Origin: Nemertoderma westbladi | Lineage: Eukaryota > Animalia > Xenacoelomorpha | Reading direction: 5' to 3' | Length of the DNA: 64,000 nucleotides | NCBI GenBank assembly: GCA_032718475.1 | Contig: JAUCBJ010008795.1 | Location: 162,026 to 226,025, forward strand | Part shown: in pieces, positions 52,697 to 64,000 of the stretch | Position numbering within the stretch: the first letter of the stretch is position 1 | Layout of the letters: every line of letters begins with the position of its first letter | Notes under the pieces: generated by a model | The model's input: the letters and a program-made list of their open reading frames with translations, nothing else | Database searches by the model: none | Told to the model about the DNA's origin: nothing | Made by a program: the position numbers and the translations under genes

Positions 52697-55600
52697 CTAA
52701 ATATTATTAAATAAGATGTGAAGCTGTTGAAATCTTCTTCTAAAAAGTTATCAAAGACTATAGGATTGTGCCAAACAGAAGTCTCCAACCAGTAAATCAT
52801 GTTGCTACATTTTATGAGATGAATAGATATACCAAAAAAAAAACAAAGCAGTCCCAATCCCAAACTCAGGACAGCCAAATATTATGTACTATTTCCATGT
52901 TTGGCCATATGTTTTCAAGTCAGCCGCTGAAGTTAAGCCCCGTTCACACCCAACGGTACCGTTGCAGTAACTGATTGTCTATCTGTGGACTGTGAATTCA
53001 ACAGGAAATTACATTAATTGTTTTCACATTGTTTAAATGGGCTGCGGTAAACCGCGCAGTTTACCGCACAACTACCTGTTGGGCAGGGACGGATTATGGA
53101 ATTTCGGGCCCCCGGCAGTCGCAACTTACGGGCCCCTACCCACTACCCCCCCCCCCCCCACCCCCCCCCCGACGATAACCAATTTCAAAAAATTTTGGTC
53201 CCCGTTGGTACAAATAAGTAACGCTGGTGATATTTTTTTCAAATAAAACAATATATTCGATATAAAAACGTAACGGAAAACACTAGAAAACACAGAATAG
53301 TTGAATTTCGCTAAATTGAATATCAGTGAAAAAAGAGGTGATTTCCGCTTACTTTTATTTTTATCGAATAATAGTCCTTTATTATTTAAATAATAATAAT
53401 TTTTTCCTAAAATTACACCATCCAAAAGACATCAATTCTATATTTAGGAACGAATAATATACTGGTATATCAATGAATTAGACACAAAATTACTTAAAAA
53501 TAGCAATTTTTTTTAAAAACACTTTATCATTCTATGGGACACAGTGCTCTGAATGGTGAGCCTCACCATTCAGAGATCAGAGATATTCAGATATTCACCA
53601 TTGTATGAATATATAAATATATATATTTATACATATATATCTAATGATTGTGACCATAAGTCATTTTGAAAGATCAAACAAAATATATATAACTTTTATG
53701 TAGAATTTAGCGATCTTATGGTTGCATATTATATAGTATTATGTATAATCATATTCTATATAACTCCAGCAATTTCTACACTTTAGCCAAATCGGGAAAT
53801 CCTTGGTAGGACTGGTCATATGGATGCACAACACATTTTGATGATATAAGAATATTTAATTAGTTATGTATATCTATATAACTTTATATATGTATTTGGT
53901 TTGTTTATAGGACTGTTACTAAGATAAAACATTTCCATTTTTAATTAAACATCAAATTTCACGTTTTTGCCTAACGGACCTACACCCTATCACAACATTT
54001 AATGAATTAAAATTGTTTTTACTAACTAGTAAACATCATTATGTGCAAATATCACGATTCAGAGTTATGACCGCTGATCATAGTACCAAACGAGAGAGAG
54101 CGAGCTTTGTTGAATAAGAAACGAAGTATGAAATTTTGATACATTACATTAAATTATCACAACTAAAAATGCTAAATAATAAATTAATCACATTAATATT
54201 GTAACATTTATATCAATTTACGCTATTAATTGCAGACTACAACTACCACTAACTAGACCTAAAATTATAGCTGTTGTTATAAAATAATGAATGCCCTCAC
54301 GCTTTTAAAAAATTTTAATATTAATAAGCTAAATATTATCATCTGCAACTTGAGCTGTATTCTATTTCTCTATTTATTCCAGCATTGTTCCCTTGACCTT
54401 TGGCCTCTGAAAAAATATGCTTTTACAATCCCTCGAATATACGGATAAAAAGTTGGACAAAAAATAATTATTTATGTAAAAGAATAGTCATTTTTCAAAA
54501 TTAACAAAATTCATATAAGTTTGAGATAAAATATGCAGCCATATTACAAATTTATAAATCAAATTCCTAAATTCCATAAAACTGTATCTTTGATAAACAT
54601 TTGTTATTTTATTTGCTATAATTATATTGCATTTTCGTTTCCTTTAAGTTTTAAATTCATGAAATAATTAATGATATTGTATTAATTATCCAAAATATAA
54701 CTTAAAAAAAAACATAATAATAGTTATAATAATATGACATGCAACCATAAGACATATCAACTGCTTATGGTGCATGATTTATTTAAACTATATTTCAGAT
54801 TGAGTTTTGGTGTATTGGAAGGTTTGAGGTACTTGAAGTTTTAGCATTATTCTTTATAAACCTTTCCTACTAAATATACCGAATAATGTTGAAATTTAAT
54901 AGGCAGCCATATAACGAATCATTATAAAGAAAAATTTATACAATAATTACATTATCACATTAGATACAACAATTATTGTATTTTTCTTTTTATTCATATT
55001 TTAAATTGATAAAATAATATTTCATAATGTTTTAATTAAAGAAATAAGGCTTTTAAAATACATATATAATATTATTTTATTTATTTGTAATAATTGTATG
55101 GAATTAATTTCGCACAAACAAATCGCCAGAGCGACATATTTTCCAGCTTTATACCGCAGTGCGACATGTGCGCAGTGCACATTAGTTATGAAATAAGACA
55201 TGCAACCATAATACAGTCCCAGTGCTTAAGGCTGCATGTTTTATTTAAACTTTACTTTTGAAGCGAGTTTGTAGGTAATGGTTGTTTGAACATTGAACTA
55301 AGTAGATATTTCTCGAATAATTCGAGAAAATTCAGATTTATTTTAATTTTAACATATTAATTCTGACTTTCTGACCGTTTGTCTGTTGATCTGTTTTACA
55401 TAATATAGTATCTCTCAACCCATAGCAAAAACCTATGGCATGGAGTTTTCCTAGTCTGTGATTTCATTCCCGATTACGGTTTTCATGTTTGGTGGCATCT
55501 AGACTGTCTGTATGTCTGTCCGTTTGCCTGCCTATGTGTCTGTCAAAATATAATATTTCACCATACAAAGCTAAAATCTTGGGCATCTGTGTTTTATCGT

Positions 55601-56639
55601 TATCAGACTTCATTTTTAGTGGCATATAAACTGTTTTCGATCAGTCTTACATAATTAAATTTCGACCACAAGTTATTATATCCCAGAATACAGGAGTTTT
55701 CGCACCAAATATACTTTTTTTACCGCCCCAAATAGGTAAAATAGCCCCAAATTTCAGTTAGTCAGTCAGTCAGCAACGATTCGGTTCCTAATAACGGATC
55801 TACTGATAGCTAAATTATAATTACTTAGTCAAGCTGATAAACCCAGAATTGCTAATTAAAGTTGTGTGGTTTAACGGATCACATTACTTATCAAAGGTCA
55901 AGCAGATTATTGTATTGGAAACCGATTGCTTATTAGAGTTGTTTTCATCCAAACCCAGTAGCTAATACACGGATTACGTATTACGCACGTGCTGTAGGAA
56001 TGAATATAAGTCACTGCAAACAAGTATTGTACTTTCTGTTTTGGTCGGCCTCCACCATACGAGTTTCGAATTATGTTTTTTTTTTGAGAAGCCGTTCTGT
56101 AGTGCAGATGATCGTTGGATCCACTAATATGACATGCAACCATAAGACAGCTCCATTGCTTATGGCTGCATGTTTTATTTAAACTTCATCTCATACATGA
56201 GTCTACATGCAATGGGTGGTATATCTAAATAGATTGAGGCACTTGAATTAAGGTTGAAATATGATATACAGCCGTATAACAGTGTAATTAGACTTAAAAT
56301 AAACCTAATATTATTTAAAATAAGACATGCAACGCAATGCATTGAAATTTCCAGTGCTTATTTCAAGTTCCATGCACATTTTATTAAACTATATTCCATT
56401 CTAGAGTTTGTAATGTAGTTCGTGGGGGCTGGTTTATCTAAATAGATATTATTCTCAGAAAAGTTCGAGTAATTTCGATTTTATTAAAGTTTTCATTTTG
56501 CTATTGGAATAACTAGGAATATTGATGTAATTAATATCCAATTTAATTTGTATCACTAATTAATTGCAGTTATTACAACAAAGTTTCGGTAAACAATCAT
56601 AAACTTAGCATATAATGGTTGCTATAAAGCTAGAGTTCA

Positions 56640-57007
56640 GATTTTATTTACGGTATCAATTTTCATGTTTGGCAGCGTTTGTAAAGTTTTATGTCTGTCC
56701 GTTTGTCAGTCGATCTGTCTGTCAAAATACAATATGACACCCTACAAATCTTAAATCTTGGGAATGTCTGTTTTTTTGGATTCTGACTTCAATTACGGTA
56801 TCAGTTTTCATATTTGGCAGCGTTTGTAAACTTTGTATGTCTGTCCGTTTGTCAGTCGATCTGTCTGTCAAAATACAATATGACACCCTATAAAGCTTAA
56901 ATCTTGGAAATGTCTGTTTTTTGGACTCTGACTTCATTTACGGTATCAGTTTTCATGTTTGGCAGCATTTGTAAAGTTTGTATGTCTGTCCGTTTGTCAG
57001 TCGATCT
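56640..57007. repeat. ~146-bp tandem repeat, ~2.5 copies (same family as 59560-61270)
   Basis: Shared core ...TTTGGCAGC...GTCTGTCCGTTTGTCAGTCGATCTGTCTGTCAAAATACAATATGACACCC... Confidence 0.85.
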
Positions 57008-58134
57008 ATTAGTCCGGTAGTTTCAGAGATGTATTCTAAAGCTTTGAACTTTGGGCCATGTGCCCTTTCTACTGCAACCGTCCCATTTGTCTATCTTTTG
57101 TCTCTCTGTACCAATATTTAGTGTGAAGTTTGTGCTATCTAGCCAGACAACCTGTGGTTAGTGAGAACTAAAAATACGGCGCCTGTCCTTTCTCAAAATT
57201 AACTATAGATTATATAAAACATGCAGCCATAAAACCAATTCATTGCAGTTATTAATTAAACAGACTCTTTGATGAAATTAGTAACTACAAATTATTGTAC
57301 TTTCATTTCTTTTATATTTTCAAGGGATTAAATCATTTAAATAATTCAACTAACTAACTAATTTAACCATTTATAATATTGTATTTATTAATTGACCAAA
57401 ATATGACATAAAAAAACATAATAATTATTATTATAATATAACATGCAACCATAAGAGAGCTCCATTGCTTAAGGCTGCATGTTTTATTTAAACTTTATCT
57501 CAGACGTGAGTTTACATGTAATGGCTGGTTTATCTAAATAGATTGAGACACTTGAATTAAGGTTGAAATATGATATGTAACCGTATAACAGTATAATAAG
57601 ACTTAAAATAAACCTAATATTATTTATAATAATGCACGCAACTGTATTGAAAGTTCTAGTGCTTATGGCTGCACGTTTTATTTAAACTGTATTCCAGAAA
57701 AGAGTTGTATTGTAGTGTGGGCTGGTTTATCTAAATAGATAATTCTCAGAAAAGTTCGAGTAATTCCGATTTTTTTAAAGTTTTCATTACTTGATATTGG
57801 AATAATTAGGAATATTGATGTAATTCATATCCAATTTAATTTGTATCACTAATTAATTGCAGTTATTACAACAAAGTTACGGTAAACAATTATAAAATTA
57901 GCATATAATAGTTGCTATGAAGCTATGCAGAAGAATACAGACGTGTTTAAGAGATTATTATTACTAAGTTAGTGATAGTTAGTTATAGAAGTATAAGTAC
58001 GTTCGTCCTATAGGCCGCAACGCTGCAATACGGTACATTACTGCGTTAAGCAGTAAAACACCCAGAACTCTGAAAAGTTCGCATAATATTGTTGCAAATG
58101 TACCAATTGTTGATATCACACGTGAACCTTTTCA

Positions 58135-58625
58135 CGAGTTATTTAGGGCAGCAGTAGCAGACAGCCTTCTTAGATGGAGTCCATGCTGGTCTCTGACTGA
58201 CTGCAGAGTATACAAAACCTCTGGATGGCACATTCACAATAATGCTACGCCGGCGCGTCATTGTGCTCAAGAAGAACGACACACATCTCCACTAACCAGA
58301 CTCCGTGAACAACATCGGAAGCTGTTTCATCCTCAGTCTCCGAACAGCCCTTTCTGCTTGAACTGAGCTGCCCCACCGCCTTGTAGGACATTGCTTCTCC
58401 ACTACGCTGCTGGACCAGCCTGTGCACTAATCTTGTGCTTTCTCAGTTGCGGCCCCTACTATTTGGAACAGACTGCCAATCTACGGTCGGCAATCACCAA
58501 CCATCGACGGTTTCTTGAGTCGCAGGCTAAAGACACACTGACTTGCCGATGCTGGAGTGATCGAGCAAATGTCATGGGCGATAGGGAGTCATGAGGTGCA
58601 GCACGATGTTATCGACATGTCCGTT
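58135..58625 (+). mobile_element. Indel-riddled duplicate of the RTE fragment at 58905-59409
   Basis: Colinear with 58905-59340 and shares its upstream flank (57983 vs 58756) and derived variants. Confidence 0.75.
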
Positions 58626-58904
58626 CTTTAATTAAACTGTTTTTATCTAATTTTTTAGCAATCCTACATTTTAACAGTGCCATGCGCCTTGCTCTTAATT
58701 TAGGAACATGGCGCTAGTATAAATATTTATAATTATTATTATCTATTATTATTGATTATAGAAGTATAAGTACGTTCGTCCTATAGGCCGCAACGTCTGC
58801 AATACGGTACTTATACTGCGTTAAGAGTAAAACACCAGAACTCTGAAAAGTTCGCATAATATTGTTGCAAATGTACCAATTGTTCATATCACACGTGAAC
58901 CTTT

Positions 58905-59409
58905 TAGAGTTTATTTAGGGCAGCAGTAGAGACAGCCTTCTTAGATGGGAGTCCATGCTGTCTCTGACTGACTGCAGAGTATACAAAACCTCTGGATGGC
59001 ACATTCACAATAATGCTACGCCGGGGTCATTGTGTCAAGAAGAACGAACACATCTCCATAACCAGACTGTGAACAACATCGGAAGTGTTTCATTAGTCCC
59101 GCAAGCTTTTACTTGAACTGAGCTGCCACCGCCTTGTAGGACATTGCTTTCACCGTGTGGACCAGCCTGTGCATAATCTTGTGCTTTGGCGGCCTCATGG
59201 AACGACTATGTATGATGGTAAGCCCATGACTTTCTTGAGACGCATTTTAAAGAACACTGGACTTGAAGATGCGGATGATGTAGCAAATGTCATGGGTGAT
59301 AGGGAGTTGAGGTGGAGCAATTTTATCGACAAGCCGACACATCTTTCTTAATATATTTGATATAATTAATGCAGCCGCAATGCAACATGCCGATAGTAGT
59401 AGTAGTAGT
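58905..59409 (+). mobile_element. 5'-truncated RTE LINE copy with (TAG)n tail
   Basis: ORF 59157-59351 (DQPVHNLVLWRPHG...TGLEDADD) matches the C-terminus of ORF 74-1234; ends gcaacatgccgatagtagtagtagtag. Confidence 0.9.
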
Positions 59410-59559
59410 TATAGATGTTTGTTGATACCAATAGAAAGATAGAAGAAATATTGGGTATAAAAGTTTAATCAATTATTATCTGACTTGTAGCAATAATTAA
59501 TCTATATGTGTACCGACATTTGCAGGGGCTCATATCCATATACAATATATTAGACCAGA

Positions 59560-61270
59560 CAGCTAAAATCTTCCATATGTCGTATTTTCATCACTGATGT
59601 CATTTCCCATATCAGTTTTCAAGTTTGGCGGCATTTGTACAGTTTGTATGTCTGTTCGTTTGTCGAAAAACAATATGACACCCTACAAAGCTAAAATCAC
59701 GGTAATGTCTGTTTTCTTGGACTCAGACTTCATTTACGATATCAGTTTTGATGTTTGGCAGCATTTGTAAAGTTTGTATGTCTGTCCGTTTGTCAGTCGA
59801 TCTGTCTGTCAAAATACAATATGACACCCTATAAAGCTTAAATCTTGGGAATGTCTGTTTTCTTAAATTCCGACTTCATGTACGGTATCAGTTTTCAAGT
59901 TTGGCAGAATTTGTACAGTTTGTATACGTCTGTCCGTTTGTCAGTCGATCTGTCCGTCAAAATACAATATGACACCCTACAAAGCTAAAATCCTGGGAAT
60001 GTCTGTTTTCTTGCACTCTGACTTCATTTACCGTATCAGTTTTCATGTTTGGCAGCATTTGTACAGTTTGTATGTCTGTCCGTTTGTCAGTCGATCTGTC
60101 TGTCAAAATACAATATGACACCCTACAAATGCTAAAATCCTGGGAATGTCTGTTTTATTGGACTCTGACTTCATTTACGTGTATCAGATTTCATGTTTGG
60201 CAGCAATTGAACAGTTTGTTTGTCTGTCCGTTTGTCAGTCGATCTGTCTGTCAAAATACAATATGACACCCTACAAAGCTAAAATCCTGGGAATGTCTGT
60301 TTTCTTGGACTCTGACTTCATTTACTGTATCAGTTTTCATGTTTGGCAGCATTTGTACAGTTTGTATACGTCTGTCCGTTTGTCAGTCGATCTGTCTGTC
60401 AAAATACAATATGACACCATACAAAGCTAACATCCCGGGAATGTCTGTTTTCTTGGACTCTGACTTCATTTAGTGTATCAGATTTCATGTTTGGCAGCAA
60501 TTGAACAGTTTGTTTGTCTGTCCGTTTATCAGTCGATCTGTCTGTCAAAATACAATATGACACCCTGCAAATTCTAAAATCCTGTGAATGTCTGTTTTCT
60601 TGGACTCTGACTTCATTTACGGTATCAGTTTCCATGTTTGGCAGCAATTTTACAGTTTGTAAGTCTGTCCGTTTGTCTGTCAATCTGTCTGTCAAAATAC
60701 AATATGACACCATACAAAGCTAACATCCCGGGAATGTCTGTTTTCTTGGACTCTGACTTCATTTAGTGTATCAGATTTCATGTTTGGCAGCAATTGAACA
60801 GTTTGTTTGTCTGTCCGTTTATCAGTCGATCTGTCTGTCAAAATACAATATGACACCCTGCAAATTCTAAAATCCTGTGAATGTCAGTTTTCTTGGACTC
60901 TGACTTCATTTACGGTATCAGTTTCAATGTTTGGCAGCAATTTTACAGTTTGTAAGTCTGTCCGTTTGTCTGTCAATCTGTCTGTCAAAATACAATATGA
61001 CACCCTATAAAGCTTAAATCTTGGGAATGTCTGTTTTTGGACTCTGAATTCATTTGCGGTATCAGTTTCAATGTTTGGCAACAATTTTACAGTTTGTACG
61101 TCTGTCCGTTTATCTGTCAATATGTCAGTCAAAATATATTTTAACACACCGCAAAACAAAAAAATTCGATACGTGCTTTTTATTGTTCTCTGATTTCATT
61201 CCAATATCAATTCTCATGTTTTATGTCACCTTGACTGTTTGACTGTCAAAATATCATATATCACCCTACA
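59560..61270. repeat. ~146-148-bp tandem repeat, ~11 copies, with a 293-bp dimer duplication
   Basis: Directly visible; near-identical ORFs at 60514 and 60807 (offset 293). Degenerate units also at ~55370-55640 and ~61750-61970. Confidence 0.93.
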
Positions 61271-61277
61271 AAGCAAG

Positions 61278-61745
61278 TTTTCTGGGACCGAATTGTCCGG
61301 TACCGAATTGTTCGGGACCGAATTGTCCTAGGACCGAATTTTCTGGGACCGAATTGTCTGGGACCGAATTGTCCGGTACCGAATTGTCCGGGAACGAATT
61401 CTCCTAGGACCGAATTTTCTGGGACCGAATTGTCTGGGACCGAATTGTCCGGTACCGAATAGTCCGTATCTTGATAGAAATATAATTCGGACCAAAAACA
61501 ATTTAATATGAAAATTGAATTACAAATATTTATATACTTATTTAGCATAATATTAATATGTATAAATTCAAGAATAAAAACGTATTAAATCAATAGCTTA
61601 ATTTAATTTAATTTGGTCCTGGAAAATTCGGTCCCATTAAATATGTATGTTATGGGACCGAATTTTCTAAGTCAGTATCCGGTCAATTAGGTCCCAAAAC
61701 ACTAAATTAAAGGGACCGAATTGACCGGGATTGAATTGTCCTGAT
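61278..61745. repeat. 15-bp GGGACCGAATTGTCC repeats, probably MITE subterminal remnants inserted in the 146-bp array
   Basis: About 12 tandem copies at 61280-61465, plus scattered direct and inverted copies to 61742. Confidence 0.7.
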
Positions 61746-64000
61746 TCCATTTTCTTGGTGTCTGTCTTATTTTCGATATCATTTTTCATGTTTGGTGGCA
61801 TCTCAACTGTCTGTCTGTCTTTCCGTTTGTCTGTCAATCCGTATGTTAAAAGATATTATATCGTACCACATAGTTAAAATCTTATGAGGTTTACCTGGTC
61901 TCGGATTTCATTTCCGATGTTAGCATTATTGATTGGCTGCAATGAAACTGTTTGTATGTTATGTCAGTATTGATGTTCAGACAGACAAAAAATTTCGTCC
62001 AGGAAATCCCAAATAATGGCGAATATTTTAGAATAACGTCGTCGTTGTTCTATTTTAGATTGTTGGTATGCCGTCTAACATTTTGATGGACAAACCAACA
62101 TGATGGACATGAAAAGACAGCTAGCTAGCTAGCTACAGTATTATAACTCGAGAAATAAAAGATATGTGGTGAGGCCATTTTCACCTACCTATGACATTGT
62201 CATTAATTTAACATTAACATTTATTTGTCTAAAAAGGTTAAGCCTCTTAAGCAAAAAAATTTGGCATAGAAACCCATAATTTCAATTCTCTTTCAATTTG
62301 TTTGAAATATGATTGTAGAAATATTTTGTCAAATTTTTCATGAAAATCTTAAGAGACACGAACAAAGATAAAATAAATCATACAGCCAGCTATAAAGTCC
62401 ATCTATTACCTGATTGCTTATGGCTGCATGTTTTATTTTATCATTTAATTTGCAGCCATAAGCGTGGGCGCAAATGGCCTTATGGCTGCAGGGTAAATTA
62501 TTTCCATGCAGCCATAAGTCATTTAAAAAAAATAAAAGTTTCAGCTAAATATATAATATAACATAATTTATATAGCCAATTGTGCCAGATATATGGTTCC
62601 TCCAATTCCCTATCGGGAAATATGAAGCCATAAGGCCGGTCATCTCTTATGGCTGCATGTGACCATAAGGCCATTTTTGTGACCATAAGGCCATTGTCTT
62701 ATATATGATGCAGCCATAAGACTTTACCCAATCGGGTAAAACCGGCATTATGGCTGCATGTGAGATACATATATAAATATATGTGAGATATACTCTAAGT
62801 ATTTATTGAACAGTCAGAAATTAATAAATAAATGAGGTTGTTTTTATCTGTGAGATAATGTTCGGTAAATTTCTCCCAACTTGCGGGCCCCTTCCAACTT
62901 ACGGGGCCCCGGCAGCTGCCCCTGTCCCCCCCCCCCCCCCCCCCCCCTTAATCCGTCCCTGCTGTTGGGTCGTTCAGTCAGCGGTGTACCGCTGGCCCTG
63001 CGGTACACCGCGCGGTGTACCGTTCCGTTGGATGTGAACGGGCCTTAAGGTTACTGGCCGGCTACCGTGTACCACGTATAGTTATACCACGCAATGATAT
63101 TGATGTATCATTTACGATATGCATCGTGTGAGTCGTTACCCTGGAGACGAATGTCTAGACTACAATATAGAGCAGTTTACAGTGAATGGCTTTTGTAACC
63201 AAATATAAATTTCCTATCTGCAAACATATGTTGTTGCGTTGCGTGGAAGACCGGAACAAAATTATTCGGGAAGAACGGCTCTCAGTCCATAGCTGATGAT
63301 AATCGATCGCTTTATTAAAATATTCCGTTTATGTATCCTATTCTTATGGGTTCAATTAGTGGGGGAGGGGGGGGGGGGGGTATCTCCTACACAAGCTAGT
63401 CGATATGAATAATGGATACAATATACTGTATTAATTAAAGCCTTGACAGTTGCAAATGCCGCTATCAAATGCTTTCACACTTAGTTGTCACAACTCAATT
63501 GTTTTTGCCATTGCGTTGGATGGAATGGTAATTGATGATAGAAACCGTACTATAAAGTATCAGACAGGGAGTAAAATTCCGTGAACAGGAGTGCACACAG
63601 CTGCCATACTATAGCACCTCAGGGTACTATAATTATTACGCCAACCGATGAGATAAGTGCCTAACGAATATGATGATGTACAAACGCCCAGGTGTAGTAT
63701 AATGTTAACAATCTGTGGGGAATATCGGTAATTATTGATTTATTGAGCGAGGCAATCGCAAAACGAGGCCACTCAACGGTAAAGGGTAAATAAGCATTGT
63801 ATCTCTGTCGTAGTACTGTAGGTTGGATTTACTGCATCAGCAAGGTATATATATTAGTTAGCTTCTAGTACTCCTGTCTCTTTAGAGAAGAGCTCTAACT
63901 TTACCCAGGGGCTTTCACTATAATCAGTAAAGAAACACAATCATAAATTCTGTTATACTACCAGTTTCCACACTACAACCTCCGAATGTATCTGTAAATT

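Larger units (their letters stand above)
53084..62961. mobile_element. Non-autonomous hAT-like element, 9.9 kb including nested cargo
   Basis: TIR CAGGGACGGATTA...TAATCCGTCCCTG; perfect 8-bp TSD CTGTTGGG (53076-53083, 62962-62969); subterminal gggccc motifs; no transposase ORF. Confidence 0.92.
52937..63044. mobile_element. Small TTAA(TA)-flanked MITE (~220 bp of own sequence) interrupted by a hAT-like element; superfamily unassigned
   Basis: ttaa|GCCCCGTTCACACCCAACGG ... CCGTTGGATGTGAACGGGCC|ttaa, with internal gcggt(a/g)..accgc palindromes in both halves. Confidence 0.75.

Overview
AT-rich, repeat-dense animal (probably invertebrate) genomic DNA. The main result is a spliced minus-strand gene that the ORF track largely misses. 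Five exons (52696-52641, 52260-52115, 51598-51444, 15570-15435, 2693-2388) join through GT-AG introns with matching phases into about 265 aa that align by eye with the ectodomain and TM2 of the proton-activated chloride channel PAC (PACC1/TMEM206). The N-terminus and TM1 were not located. The 35.9-kb intron holds a ~31-kb array of a 35-bp satellite with multi-scale higher-order structure, ending about 17 nt from the splice acceptor. One exon/donor junction has been amplified into a 74-78-bp minisatellite with six donor copies. The rest is RTE-clade LINE fragments, non-autonomous DNA transposons with visible TIRs/TSDs (piggyBac-like, two Mutator-like, and a 9.9-kb hAT-like element nested in a small TTAA-flanked MITE), and several other tandem arrays. 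Most ORFs in the track are repeat artefacts. Homology calls come from recalled sequences, not database searches.
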